Program-made: the position numbers and the translations under genes
Part shown: positions 30,076-41,073 of the stretch, piece by piece
How positions within the stretch are numbered: position 1 is the first letter of the stretch
Layout of the letters: each line of letters opens with the position of its first letter
The notes under the pieces: generated by a model
Databases searched by the model: none
Told to the model about the DNA's origin: nothing
Seen by the model: only the letters and a program-made list of their open reading frames with translations
Source: an archaeon CG10_big_fil_rev_8_21_14_0_10_43_11
Lineage (GTDB): Archaea; Nanobdellota; Nanobdellia; PEZQ01
Length of the DNA: 64,000 bases
Assembly: GCA_002763265.1 (NCBI GenBank)
Contig: PEZQ01000006.1
Location: 94,141 to 158,140, forward strand
Direction of reading: 5' to 3'

Positions 30076-30930
30076 TTACGCGAGACCAAATGCGCTTGCA
30101 ATCAGATTTTCGCTGTTTGTGCTCTTACCATACACGCCACGACAGAGTTTTACGCTAAAAACGCCCGCATGCTTTTCCGGGTCTTGGTTGAGTCCTGTGT
30201 TCTTTGGGTATGCAATAAACACCGGTGTCCTGCCCTGAAACGTGGTCTCAACAAAGCTTGACGAACAGCCCACATACTCCTCATACGAGCCGCCAGCCCA
30301 ATCACCGGTGTAACCAAGCACGTCAGGCTCAAACGGCGCCTTTGTAAGCCCCTCATACGACGTGAAATTATACTCTTCTCCAGTTTCCAAGTCCTTGAAC
30401 CGTGCCTCATAGGTTAAGAAGAGTCCTGAAATGCAAGGCTCGCGAGCGCACGAGACTACGCATCGGTTTGAAATGCATTGCTGGGGTCTGCCATCTCTTG
30501 ACTCCCCACAATTAATGCCCACCGCGGGTGTGAGGCCAAACAAGGAAGGTACGAGTTCTCCGCACAAGTTGAATGTTGAATCTGATGACGGAATTAATAA
30601 ATCCCACAACTCAGTGTAGCGCAAACAATTCTGGTTCCATGCATTAAAAAACTTGGTAACATCAACGAGTCCGGGATATGTTTGTGAAGTGAGACGGGAG
30701 CTCCCCTGTGCGTAATCAATGTGAAATTGTTCGTAAGCAAAGCAATTTGGACTATTAATAAAAATCTGAGAGAGCGTGTCAAGCTTTGTCTCATCAAGGG
30801 CATTTGACACTTCGAAATTCACGCCTGACGCCCTGCTAAGCACAAAAAACACGACAAGCAGCCAAATAAGCAGGTCAAGTATTTCACGAATCACATAAGG
30901 CATTACCGTGCTCATGAACTTCCTCCGCAC
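30076..30930 (-). CDS. pilin-like membrane-anchored Cys-containing protein
   Basis: Basic N-terminus plus hydrophobic helix, extracellular Cys cluster; last gene of the pilus locus. Confidence 0.7.
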   Translation of the reverse strand: MRRKFMSTVMPYVIREILDLLIWLLVVFFVLSRASGVNFEVSNALDETKLDTLSQIFINSPNCFAYEQFHIDYAQGSSRLTSQTYPGLVDVTKFFNAWNQNCLRYTELWDLLIPSSDSTFNLCGELVPSLFGLTPAVGINCGESRDGRPQQCISNRCVVSCAREPCISGLFLTYEARFKDLETGEEYNFTSYEGLTKAPFEPDVLGYTGDWAGGSYEEYVGCSSSFVETTFQGRTPVFIAYPKNTGLNQDPEKHAGVFSVKLCRGVYGKSTNSENLIASAFGLA

Positions 30931-33137
30931 GTTGGTGTGCGCAACGTTATCGCGTCATTTTGTATGCAACAAATCTGTCCGCCACGCGTGCAATCCGGTG
31001 TGCTCAATGCCACGTAGTCTGCGCCATCCCCCCTGCACTCTCCGCGGTCACTGCAACAACACTCCTCAATAGGTTTGCAGGCTGCAGCAACGTTTGAAAA
31101 CCCGTCAAAACTAATGGGTTCGTAACGCGCAACAGGGTCGTACTCACCAACGCACGATATGCCTTTTCCCATGTACGCGTTTGCGTTAAGCGTGCGCGCG
31201 TTATCCGTTTTGTAGTAGTCAACAAAAAACAAGTTTGAGGGCGCGCTCGTATCACCCGAGAGCGCGTCAGTAATGTCATTTACTGCAGCAAAAGCACCCA
31301 AACCATAAGGAACAAGCGCAAACGTGCCTGCAGCACGAAGCAGTCCGCGAAAGTCAACGCCAACGTCAATCACGTTTTCGATGTCCGTAATTTTAAAATC
31401 AATGTTGGTAAGGGTTTGAGACTCACCCGCAGCATTCACGCATGTTTGACCGAGCAATTCGTTCACGTCAAAACAGTACAGGTTTGTATAACCATTAATA
31501 AAATCCGCTCTGGTTTGCGCGGGAATCCCTGTCTGCGTTTGCAGCGTGCGTGCCGCAGTCATGCGGTCAGGATGTGTGCAATCATTAAAGTCAGGAACGG
31601 GATTAAGCTCATCAGTAAGCAGGATGCTAAATGTTTGACCACCAATAGTGATTTCTTCATGCGGTCCGTTTTCGTAGATAATAGCGTTTGAAATTTCTTG
31701 TTCTGATGTAAATGTTTGGGAAGCAACTTCTGTTTCAGTGCTGTCAAACACGCTTATTGTTGTGCTTTGCTCAGTGCCAAAAACCGTAACAGCGTACACG
31801 TCAGCGTTTTGATCAATGACGCAAAGACTACTAGTTATCCCTTCTTTTGAAAGCATGGATTCAGTAAAGTCTTCGCAAAACGTTGTTGCACGAAAATCAA
31901 CGCCGCAACATGCACGCGCATCACTAAAACTGCCAAGCACGTAGTCGTCAATGTTTGTTGAGTCTTTTCTTCGAATGTCAAGCCATGAATCACGACATTC
32001 TGAGAATGCAAAGTCTTCATACGCGTTGATGAGCCGCTGCACGCATAGTACTGAATCAGAGTTTTGTGGCTTGTTTATCACATAGCCGGGAAAGAGGTTG
32101 AGCGAAACCGTGACCGGGTCCGTGCTTGTGCACGCGCGCTCAAGGCCGCGCATGACTTCAAGAAGGGGGTAAGTATCGTAGAACAACTGGTCTTGGGCAA
32201 CAAGGTCTGTTGTTGTACCGTGCGAAAAGTAAGAAACGTAATCGCGATTGATGGGTATGCGATAGTCGCAAATCGCGCTGTCAGTGCATTCTGATTCTCC
32301 TGAGGGATACCAGCGACAGTTATCGTTTTGCGTGCACGCACCTTGTGATGCGTATTGCTCGCATGCTTCAAAACAGCGCGAGCCTTGGGGCTGCCAGGAA
32401 CACACCTCATCGCGAAGCTCGCACGAGCACAGGTCATCACGCACTTCGCACCCGCACCCGCTTGAAAGCCCGAGAGCAGAACAACCACACGCGTCACTCT
32501 CAACGCCTCCCGATGCGTATGTGATAAATTGAACACCTTCACATTGACCGCGCGTTTTCCCATTGTAGTCCTCACACGTTGCGTTTCGTGAAAGGCTAAT
32601 TGATGATTTAAGTGAACAGTAGCCTGCCTGTGAGTCTTGACGCCGTATTGACGGAGTTTTGATAAGCGGGTTTTCAGGCGAGAAGAGTAAGTTCTTGTTT
32701 GCGAGGTAGGTGTCAAAAATGTTGAGCGAATCCGCTGCGCCAAGAAAAACAATAGGTGATTCATAATCTTTTTGCGGGTTAAGATAGTTAACAGCCCATT
32801 TTGTGTAAAGTGGAAAATTAATGCCTGAACTTGAGAGAATCGCAGCAGACGTTGGCTGGCGCTGAAGCGTGTCAACCACGTGACCGCGATACGAGAGCGT
32901 TGTAGCATCCTCCCATTTCATGTCAGGCAGGAGGCCATGATAATAAATACTAATCTTGTCAGGAACCGTGTACGTAATCTCATACAGGCTTGCAACATCA
33001 TAAAGAAGGCTGACCATTTTTGTTTGAATGTTTGTTGCCGGGTCAAGCCCGCCAAACGAACCGTAAATGGATGCTCCCAGAACTAGTGCTGACGTGATAA
33101 TGCCACCAATGTAATAGATAAGCAATTCTTGTGCCAT
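30912..33137 (-). CDS. large Cys-rich pilin/adhesin-like protein
   Basis: N-terminal hydrophobic helix; C..W Cys repeats; C-terminal C-x-CC defensin-like module. Confidence 0.8.
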   Translation of the reverse strand: MAQELLIYYIGGIITSALVLGASIYGSFGGLDPATNIQTKMVSLLYDVASLYEITYTVPDKISIYYHGLLPDMKWEDATTLSYRGHVVDTLQRQPTSAAILSSSGINFPLYTKWAVNYLNPQKDYESPIVFLGAADSLNIFDTYLANKNLLFSPENPLIKTPSIRRQDSQAGYCSLKSSISLSRNATCEDYNGKTRGQCEGVQFITYASGGVESDACGCSALGLSSGCGCEVRDDLCSCELRDEVCSWQPQGSRCFEACEQYASQGACTQNDNCRWYPSGESECTDSAICDYRIPINRDYVSYFSHGTTTDLVAQDQLFYDTYPLLEVMRGLERACTSTDPVTVSLNLFPGYVINKPQNSDSVLCVQRLINAYEDFAFSECRDSWLDIRRKDSTNIDDYVLGSFSDARACCGVDFRATTFCEDFTESMLSKEGITSSLCVIDQNADVYAVTVFGTEQSTTISVFDSTETEVASQTFTSEQEISNAIIYENGPHEEITIGGQTFSILLTDELNPVPDFNDCTHPDRMTAARTLQTQTGIPAQTRADFINGYTNLYCFDVNELLGQTCVNAAGESQTLTNIDFKITDIENVIDVGVDFRGLLRAAGTFALVPYGLGAFAAVNDITDALSGDTSAPSNLFFVDYYKTDNARTLNANAYMGKGISCVGEYDPVARYEPISFDGFSNVAAACKPIEECCCSDRGECRGDGADYVALSTPDCTRGGQICCIQNDAITLRTPTCGGSS

Positions 33138-33194
33138 ACGTATTCGCTCCCCTCTACGAGGAGTGTTTTTTGTTGTTTTTTAATGCTTGTTTTC

Positions 33195-36100
33195 TTACAA
33201 CCATCCAAACAGGAAGTCAACAACTCCTGAAACAATATCTACGCCAATATCAACTGCATCTTCAATTGTTTGTGCAGCGCCAGTTGCAAGCGCATTTGCC
33301 GCTTCTGCGACGGTATCAACAAATTCGGCGATTTCTTCGGCAAGCACGTCCAGGTCAAACACGTAAATGACAAAGTCAACAGCGCGCTGCGCGCCGCCAA
33401 TCACGCCTTTGTCAACCAAACATACGGTCAGCTCTATTGGCTGATTTGGAAAGTGATTTTTTCCGCACGTAAGCATGTCGCCAAGCCATGCCTGCGTGAC
33501 CGGCAGCAGGTTTTGGAACCTGCCAAGGATGCAGGCAAAACTGCCTAAATAATCAGTAAACGCGCCTTCAAGCCCGCATCGCCCAAACACGGATGGAATG
33601 GAAAACGGATCAAGAAGCGAGCCGAGGAAGCACACTGCCGTGTCCCAGCGCACGCCGCACGCGTACGCAGGCGCTTCACCGCATTTGCCTTCATACTGGT
33701 TCGTGCCTGTGTTGAATTCCCATACCCAGCGCTGGCCGTGTGGACAGCAATAATATTGAGGCTCTATTTCAGGTCTTAGAGGGTCAGCATCGTACACGCT
33801 TGTTCGCCCTGCAGGACAGCACACCCCTTGTTGTGTGGTCGTGTTTGTTCGTGAGTGTTCATACCCGCTTGGACAGCAATACCTGCTTTGTCCTCCATTA
33901 ACTTGAGAGTATGATGAGCCTTCGCATGCGCAGGCATCAACGGTTTTTGCCGCAACTTCTTTGAGCAGGTTGTTGTTTTTCGCGTTTGGAATCGTGGTAA
34001 GCACGCATCCTGATTCATCTGACGCTGTGCAGCTTGGTTGACAAACCACATTACCATCATGCGTATCCGCGCCGCGCACGAGTTCTCCGCGATATTTTTG
34101 TTTGCATGAAAGGTCAGCCCAGTTCTTACAGGGGTAGACAAGTTGTTGTGCTGATTCAAAAAGCACACAGAGGGGAGTTTCCCCGGTTGCATCGCCGCGC
34201 GCCCAAAAACAATACCCCTGCTCGCCAGATGGAAGTGTGTCTCCAGTTAAGGTTTTGCAGTCCCAATCAGCAACAGTTTCTCCGCTGCGCGTTCTACACT
34301 CATTATCGGTATAGCAACGCAGGCTTGCTCCATCAAACGTGTTTTGAATTACCGGCCCAGACCATGCACAATACGTGGTGCCGTCAGCTGCCGTGTTACA
34401 GCTTGGTGTTCCTAAGAGGCCAAGGCGTGCAATGTCTTGAGGACAATCGCTTGCCGTAGTGCATGAAAGGTATTGCTCATTTTCAATTTCATCATTGTTT
34501 GGCGCAAATGACGCGTAGTCATTGTCTTTTTCAAGATAAATATCACCCGGGCAGGTGAGACATGATTCTCCCTTGTCAGAGTCTAAAAAATCGTTTCCGC
34601 ATTGCGGCCAAATATCATATGAGAGAGTTCCTGATGCTACATCCTCAAAGACTTGTACGGGAAGCACTGTGTCTTCATCCGTAGCAAACACGCCAAGGTC
34701 ATAGTAGTAGTCGTATTCGCCGCAATATGCCCATTGCAGGCTGATGTCTTCACGACACACTTGCCCGGGATTAATTGATTTTGCAACGCGCGGGCTTGGT
34801 GTTGCGTCTCGCACGCATTTTTGTTCTTCTGGAGGAAATTGACAGCAGACATTATCATTTGCTGCATCACGCTGTACTGACTGGATGTTTGGTATTTCAA
34901 TTGTGTACGCGTAGCATTCATTGTCTTCAAAAACGCACGTGCGCGTCTGGCAAGTGAAACTATTGCTTTTCTTTTCACAGCGGGTTGCTTGAACAAATGT
35001 GTCTTGTGACGCGCACTGTGCTGCGCTTGTGCCGGGTTTTTCGCATTTGAGGGTTTGAGAATTGAGAGTGTAGCCGGTTGGACACGAGTATTGCACGTCC
35101 TGCAGGTAGCAGGAATCACCATAGTATTGTTTTGAATCAGTTTCAAACGTGATGCGGAAGTTTGGCTGGTTTGATGCTGATGCAATATTTGTATTTGAGG
35201 AATCAGTAAAAAGAAATTCGTTTATTCCTTCAGGATAGAGCACAAACCGGTTATCAACAAGGTCTTCAAAGGGTTGCTGGCTCACACTCACGCTTTGAGT
35301 CGAAGCACCCGTAGTAGTATCTGCAAGGTCAAGAAGCACCTCTGGCTGTTCGTTAATATAGGTGTACACGGTTGTTGAGCGCAGGTAGTCAAGCCCTTCA
35401 ATACCATCAATTTGCAGGGTTTCAGCGCCTACGTTTCCAATAAGAATGTAGCGTACCGGCTGGTTGATAAGAATAAGATGGTCATGAGCAGAGTTGTCAA
35501 CATCATATGATGAGAATTGCCCCCAGTTCGCGTTATTTGCATTATCAATTTTTATAAACACGCCAAGACGCGTTGTTTTCCCGCTTTCGGGCGTTTTTAA
35601 GCCGGTTATGCGTATTGAAGCAATGGTTTTGAGGTTTCCGCTTGCATCAACATTGTTTGATGTGTCTATTTTTGTCCAGTGATAGAATGTTTCCTGCAAA
35701 TCAATTGTTGCACACGTGCCTCCTGCTGCGGTTCGGTATTGAGTGTATTTTTTCTGGTTTCCATTGTCATAGATGCCCGTGTTCACATCTTTGCATTCTT
35801 CAATACAGTCTGAAATGCCATTATTGTTTGCATCAATGCCTTCATCAACCGGACCGTTCTGGTTGTTGTCAAGCCCGTCGCAAATTTCTGGCGCAGTTGG
35901 ATAAATATTAGCATTAGAGTCGTCCGCGTCCCCGTCACATTCCGTGTCGTAGCCATCCCCGTCAGCATCAGTTATTACTTCACGGTACACTGAGCATGAG
36001 AGCGTCTGGCAGCCACAGGTTGAACTACACGAGTTTGAGAGGTCAGCATAGTTGCGATACGTTCCGCTGTAACACCCATCTAAGTGGTCGCACTCAGTTG

Positions 36101-36479
36101 CATCACAATCACTGTTTGAATCGCATTCTGCGCCGCAAATTCCTTCATGGCATTGGTAGGTAGCGTCGCAATTGTATTTTCCGCACAGCGCGGATTTTTG
36201 GCCGCTGCAAAGCGTGCCGTCTCCTGATTCCCACCCATCACAAACCGTTACTGACGAGTCACAGTCTTTTTCGCAGCGTATAAACGTATTTGAATAATCA
36301 TGGTTGTCACCGCAAAAAATATTTCCTCCCTTGCTGCTGCACCCGCCATCCGTACTCCCACCGGACCAGCAACATCCGTTTGATGCCCACGCATCGGTAC
36401 ATGAATTCGCATACGCGCTTTGGAGTGCGCCAAGGCTTGCAAGAACAACAATGAATATGAAAAGTGTTCGGGTTCTCAT
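33195..36479 (-). CDS. very large secreted Cys-rich protein with MopE-like metal-binding motif and amphipathic C-terminus
   Basis: Sec signal (..QSAYA|), DADGDGY..IYPTAPEICDGLDNN, CCP repeats, C-terminal amphipathic helices. Confidence 0.85.
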   Translation of the reverse strand: MRTRTLFIFIVVLASLGALQSAYANSCTDAWASNGCCWSGGSTDGGCSSKGGNIFCGDNHDYSNTFIRCEKDCDSSVTVCDGWESGDGTLCSGQKSALCGKYNCDATYQCHEGICGAECDSNSDCDATECDHLDGCYSGTYRNYADLSNSCSSTCGCQTLSCSVYREVITDADGDGYDTECDGDADDSNANIYPTAPEICDGLDNNQNGPVDEGIDANNNGISDCIEECKDVNTGIYDNGNQKKYTQYRTAAGGTCATIDLQETFYHWTKIDTSNNVDASGNLKTIASIRITGLKTPESGKTTRLGVFIKIDNANNANWGQFSSYDVDNSAHDHLILINQPVRYILIGNVGAETLQIDGIEGLDYLRSTTVYTYINEQPEVLLDLADTTTGASTQSVSVSQQPFEDLVDNRFVLYPEGINEFLFTDSSNTNIASASNQPNFRITFETDSKQYYGDSCYLQDVQYSCPTGYTLNSQTLKCEKPGTSAAQCASQDTFVQATRCEKKSNSFTCQTRTCVFEDNECYAYTIEIPNIQSVQRDAANDNVCCQFPPEEQKCVRDATPSPRVAKSINPGQVCREDISLQWAYCGEYDYYYDLGVFATDEDTVLPVQVFEDVASGTLSYDIWPQCGNDFLDSDKGESCLTCPGDIYLEKDNDYASFAPNNDEIENEQYLSCTTASDCPQDIARLGLLGTPSCNTAADGTTYCAWSGPVIQNTFDGASLRCYTDNECRTRSGETVADWDCKTLTGDTLPSGEQGYCFWARGDATGETPLCVLFESAQQLVYPCKNWADLSCKQKYRGELVRGADTHDGNVVCQPSCTASDESGCVLTTIPNAKNNNLLKEVAAKTVDACACEGSSYSQVNGGQSRYCCPSGYEHSRTNTTTQQGVCCPAGRTSVYDADPLRPEIEPQYYCCPHGQRWVWEFNTGTNQYEGKCGEAPAYACGVRWDTAVCFLGSLLDPFSIPSVFGRCGLEGAFTDYLGSFACILGRFQNLLPVTQAWLGDMLTCGKNHFPNQPIELTVCLVDKGVIGGAQRAVDFVIYVFDLDVLAEEIAEFVDTVAEAANALATGAAQTIEDAVDIGVDIVSGVVDFLFGWL

Positions 36480-38239
36480 TCGCTTCCCGCACCTCCTCCT
36501 TTTTGTGTTGAAAAAACGCATTGTTGGTTTTCATTGCAGCGATACAATGTTTTTCCTTCCACACACACGTCATCGTAACAGTCACTATCAGAACAGTCCG
36601 TACCGCCCGTGCCATCATTGTCAACGCCATCATAACAAATTTGTTCTGTGCACACGCCTTGTACTGATGAACAAATAGCGCCAGTGCCGCATGAAGCCCC
36701 ACCACAATTCGGGTCAGCGCAATCAATAAGCCCATCTTTGTCATCATCCACACCATTAACGCAGTTTGATTCAGGAGGAAGCGCAGTAGCAATTTGTGAG
36801 ATAGGCTGTTTGCTTCCCGGAATAGTAAAACTGCGCTTGTCTGTTGCCATAATCGGCGCAATGTCGCTTGTTCTGATAACGCCCACGCTACCGAGGTGTG
36901 TTGATTCAAAGATTTTTGCATCAAAAGGCAATTCGGTGATGGTGATAGTTGCTGAGTCAAACCACCACGCGTAATCAGGCGTGTTTTCAAGATTGCCAAA
37001 AGAAGCATAAATCGAGGAGATGCTGCCAGCGTAATCAAGATAGGTAAAGTCTTTTTCTGTGGTTCGAGAAACAAGCGCATGGGTGGTTTCTAAATAATTG
37101 CACAGGTACGCGGGCAGAGGAGTTGCAGAATAAAAGTTACACGCGCAATTCACATTTCCTCCGCCACACGTGTTTTCAAGCGTGTTAAACTCGCAGGTGT
37201 TTTTATCACCAATAACTTCTGCGCCTTTAATGCCAAACGCCCATTTGACCGGCGTGCTCAGATATTTGACCGTGCTAATATCAGCACTGCCAAGACCCAC
37301 GCGCAAGTCAGTAAACACAACAGAATCGCCAGGCACAAGGTTTGAGTTTTGTTGTGGAATAAAATACACTACAGTATCAACCCCTGCGCGCACGGGTTGT
37401 GTGATGTCGAGTATAATCGTGTTTCCTTTATCCTGATTGAATGACTGGCACATAACGGTCTCACCAGCGCGTGTGACGTGCACATGTTTTCCAGTCATGC
37501 ATGAGTCACAGGATGCATCATTTGTTCCGTCGCACAAGCCAATACGATATTGTTGTGAGCTTTCAATATTAACTGAACCAATACTTACCACAAAACTAAA
37601 GCCGTTTCGAAACGAGGGTACGCGCACGCTAAGCCGTCCGTTAAGAACAGCCCAGTTAGAATATGGTGAGAGCGGGATAGTTGCAGGATATGATTCAAAC
37701 ACATACTCATCTTCATAGCGAAACCGCGCACCATCCCAATAAAATAGTAGTTCGGGTGTTGTTGCTTGTGCGTCATCAAGAAATGTTGTGTGCACATATG
37801 ATTCTTCAACAGAAAACACGTCCCTGCATTGCCCGGGGCATTCTGCAAACGCGCGGGGAAGTGAGCAGTAGTCGCCTTTGCATTTGCACACGTTTGCGTA
37901 TGTGACACTTGATGCTTGTGAATAACAGATATAAAAGTTTTCAAATGAGTCGCAGGTCGTATCAGAACTGCACGTCCCTGCAAAGCAGTCCGCACAGGTT
38001 TGGTCATTTTCAGTTATCGCACAAATCGTGTTGTAGTCGCATTGTGTGCAGTCTTGTGAGCATGTTTGCGGGTTTTCATTGTATTCACACACGCCGTTTC
38101 CGCACGAATTTGAAAGCGCGCATTGCGCTCCTGACTCGCCGCTTGTACACCACCCGTCTGTTGATGAAAAGAGCGCGTGCGTTCCTGAAATGCTTACGAG
38201 TAAGCCAAGAACAGTGAGGACAAGCAGGACGGGTTTCAT
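36476..38239 (-). CDS. secreted Cys-rich protein
   Basis: Sec signal (..GTHA|), CGNGVCEYNENPQTCSQDC-type repeats, two C.(N/D)GVD.D..G..DC.D..C repeats. Confidence 0.85.
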   Translation of the reverse strand: MKPVLLVLTVLGLLVSISGTHALFSSTDGWCTSGESGAQCALSNSCGNGVCEYNENPQTCSQDCTQCDYNTICAITENDQTCADCFAGTCSSDTTCDSFENFYICYSQASSVTYANVCKCKGDYCSLPRAFAECPGQCRDVFSVEESYVHTTFLDDAQATTPELLFYWDGARFRYEDEYVFESYPATIPLSPYSNWAVLNGRLSVRVPSFRNGFSFVVSIGSVNIESSQQYRIGLCDGTNDASCDSCMTGKHVHVTRAGETVMCQSFNQDKGNTIILDITQPVRAGVDTVVYFIPQQNSNLVPGDSVVFTDLRVGLGSADISTVKYLSTPVKWAFGIKGAEVIGDKNTCEFNTLENTCGGGNVNCACNFYSATPLPAYLCNYLETTHALVSRTTEKDFTYLDYAGSISSIYASFGNLENTPDYAWWFDSATITITELPFDAKIFESTHLGSVGVIRTSDIAPIMATDKRSFTIPGSKQPISQIATALPPESNCVNGVDDDKDGLIDCADPNCGGASCGTGAICSSVQGVCTEQICYDGVDNDGTGGTDCSDSDCYDDVCVEGKTLYRCNENQQCVFSTQKGGGAGSE

Positions 38240-40998
38240 TATTGTTTCACCATCACTCCATTATTGCATCGGTAGGTTGCGTCATACAGGTTCGCACTCC
38301 ACGTGTCTCCTGCATCGCACATCTTGCACTGGCCGCTTCCTGATGAGAAATCACAATACCCCGCAAGCCCGTCTGAAAAACCATTCGGGTCACAGTAACG
38401 GTCGTCACTTATGCAGGACTGACCATCAACGCCTCGCAAGACCCATTGCGTTAAACCTTCTTTTTCAACGCAATAGAGCGTGGCGTTTTGGGTTGTTGTT
38501 ATGGTTCTGCCAATGCCAAACACGCTTGTGCACTCGTTGCAAGATTCAGTGTTCTTAACGCACGCACTTCGAAGCCCGTTTGTAGCAAGATTTGAATCGC
38601 ATACCTGATTGTCAACCATTCCAGTATCGGTGCACGCTGTTTCTGGTGGTGCGAGGATTTCAACCCATCCTTGAGATGGTGTGCATTCATGTTCAGTGTC
38701 AGTGCTGTCAAACAGGAATTGCCCTTGCAGTGAACCCGTACAGTGGGTGCACACGCTATTTTGAGTTTGTGGCTGGTACACGCAAATGCTGTCTTGGCCG
38801 CGTGTTGCAAGGTCAACATCGCAATCACTGTTTTTCGTGCAAGAAGCGCCATTTGGTGCAAGAAGCGCAGCCTCATTGAGCTGTGTTTGAAGCAGGTCAT
38901 AAACAGAGAGCCAGTTTGTTAGCAGATTTCTTCTTTCAAGCTCGTTTACGTCAGTTTTCCAGAACAAGCGCGTAATGCAGGTTTCAAGCATTATTTCAAC
39001 GCGGCCAGGGTCTCTGAGCTCTTGGGCAGGGTCAACTTGGCTTCCTGTGTAACACCCGCAAGGGTCGCTTGGTTTTACGCACACGCCGCGCACAACATCG
39101 CGAAATGTTTGGTCAGCAAAGCTTCTGCTATCACTTACTGCACCATTCTGGCACGACGTGCACGCGGTTCGCACGAGTTGGTAGTTGAGGGTTTCTCCTG
39201 CATCAACACTCAGTTGTGATTTGTCCTCATCTGCAAAATGCAGGGTAAAACCCTGATATATCATGTTTTGATTTTGTTGTGTATTAATTGAGTCAAGCAC
39301 AAGCGTGTTAATTGTATCTTCAAAGCACGCGAACGGAGGGTTTTGCGCGTTTTGCCTGTCTTGTATGTGATACGAGTTGCAGCGATTGTTTTGGATGGTG
39401 CACGTGGTTTGCACGCTTTGAGGAATAACGTCTGATGTCCATACCTCGCCTGATTCTTTTGCCTGAGTCCAGGACGCAAGGTTACACGTTTTTGTTGGGG
39501 GCTCGTAACGAATAGTACAGCAGGCGTCATCCTTGTACGCAAGCGGTTCGTTTGGGTTACAGGTATTGCTTGCCCGAAGCAAATACCACTTCCATCGCGT
39601 TGCTTCTGACTCGCCAAAGAGTATTTCTTGTGAGGGAATTTCAACCATGTTCCCGTCAAGTGCTCTTCCTAACGTTTGAGGGTACCAACCCACGTGCGCG
39701 CATTCCAAATCGCTAGAAGAAACAGTAAGCAATCCATTCTCATCAGTACAGGTTTTTCCTGCAGGACATTCCCAGTCATCGCACGCGCATACAAATCGTT
39801 TGTCAGTAGGGATATTTTCTTCTTTTGGACAGTCAATCTCGCACGTATCTTTTGGCGTGAAGCATCCGGGCGTGTTTGAAAGCTGCGGGTTCATGCACAC
39901 AAAAAAGCAGCCATTCATAACCCCGTCAATCTGGCACGTGTTTGGGTTACACCCGCTTGCTTCTGCCATAAATGTGCAATAAAGTGCACGAAGAGAATAT
40001 TCATCAGATGATTCAAGATAACTGAGCGCAAGTTGTGTTTCAGTGTCAAACGTGGTATCGCCTGCAATAGTTGATTCGCACTCATTTTGCTGGCAGTTTT
40101 GTGCAAGAAGAATATCTCCGCTAATCGTGCGGTACGGTTCAAGGGCTTGTTCGACATAGGTATGGTACGCATTTGTGTTGACAAAGCTTTGCACGCTTCG
40201 GTAGAGGCGGGAAAAAGGCGTGGTGACCTCGCTTGAAACAATAACATCAAATTCATATGTGAGCAGGGGTTTATTTACTTGTGAAACAGGAACATCTCCA
40301 TAATCAAAACTGATACCACCTTGCGCGCTTGCAACGCGCCAGTCTGCAACAAACGAGTCTGAGCCTGCAGTGAGCCCTTTTACAATAAGGTCATAGGCAA
40401 GGTCAAGTGCAATGTTTGCGGTTTGTTTAAGATACGCAATAACACCGGTTGGTTTTTGGTAGAAGTCTTGTGCAAGGTTAAGAAAATTTTCTTTAACAAA
40501 ATCAAAAGGAGGATAATCAATGCAAGTAATATCCCTGCATGTCCCGTTTGGACAGTCTTTGACAAAGTTTTGTCCATAGTACTGCGAATCAGTATCATAG
40601 CGAAGCGAATAGTACGGCACGTCTTTTTCAGGCACAAAACGTGTCTCAACGGTTTTTTTGCCGCACGCGTACGTTAGCTCTCCAGCAGGACTCGTTGCAG
40701 TATCACTGTATCCTGTCTCTCCAGGAGCAAGCCGTGTTGCTTTTTCAAAAGAAAGACCAAAGCCACCGCGTGATGCAATGTAAAAGATTGAGCGGTCCAT
40801 CACGTAGTTTCGTTCCTGTTGCAAAAGAAGTTTGACTGTTTCTGCTTGCGAGACCGCGTTGAGTACTGCTTCTTTATAGTTTGGAACCCCGCTTGTACTT
40901 GAAAGCCGAAAAGCAAACGTTCCCATGGCGTATCCAAGTATGATTGCAATAGCAAGGGTAGTGACTGCTGATGCAATGATTTGCCCGCGTCGCGACAT
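38239..40998 (-). CDS. large Cys-rich pilin-like adhesin
   Basis: Class III signal MSRRG|QII; three C-terminal Cys repeats (~60 aa). Confidence 0.85.
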   Translation of the reverse strand: MSRRGQIIASAVTTLAIAIILGYAMGTFAFRLSSTSGVPNYKEAVLNAVSQAETVKLLLQQERNYVMDRSIFYIASRGGFGLSFEKATRLAPGETGYSDTATSPAGELTYACGKKTVETRFVPEKDVPYYSLRYDTDSQYYGQNFVKDCPNGTCRDITCIDYPPFDFVKENFLNLAQDFYQKPTGVIAYLKQTANIALDLAYDLIVKGLTAGSDSFVADWRVASAQGGISFDYGDVPVSQVNKPLLTYEFDVIVSSEVTTPFSRLYRSVQSFVNTNAYHTYVEQALEPYRTISGDILLAQNCQQNECESTIAGDTTFDTETQLALSYLESSDEYSLRALYCTFMAEASGCNPNTCQIDGVMNGCFFVCMNPQLSNTPGCFTPKDTCEIDCPKEENIPTDKRFVCACDDWECPAGKTCTDENGLLTVSSSDLECAHVGWYPQTLGRALDGNMVEIPSQEILFGESEATRWKWYLLRASNTCNPNEPLAYKDDACCTIRYEPPTKTCNLASWTQAKESGEVWTSDVIPQSVQTTCTIQNNRCNSYHIQDRQNAQNPPFACFEDTINTLVLDSINTQQNQNMIYQGFTLHFADEDKSQLSVDAGETLNYQLVRTACTSCQNGAVSDSRSFADQTFRDVVRGVCVKPSDPCGCYTGSQVDPAQELRDPGRVEIMLETCITRLFWKTDVNELERRNLLTNWLSVYDLLQTQLNEAALLAPNGASCTKNSDCDVDLATRGQDSICVYQPQTQNSVCTHCTGSLQGQFLFDSTDTEHECTPSQGWVEILAPPETACTDTGMVDNQVCDSNLATNGLRSACVKNTESCNECTSVFGIGRTITTTQNATLYCVEKEGLTQWVLRGVDGQSCISDDRYCDPNGFSDGLAGYCDFSSGSGQCKMCDAGDTWSANLYDATYRCNNGVMVKQ

Positions 40999-41073
40999 CA
41001 AGACGTTTAAACTCCCCTGTTTTTATGTGCTACTCATAGTGAAGGTGTTCTGTTAATATAAGATTTCTTAAAG

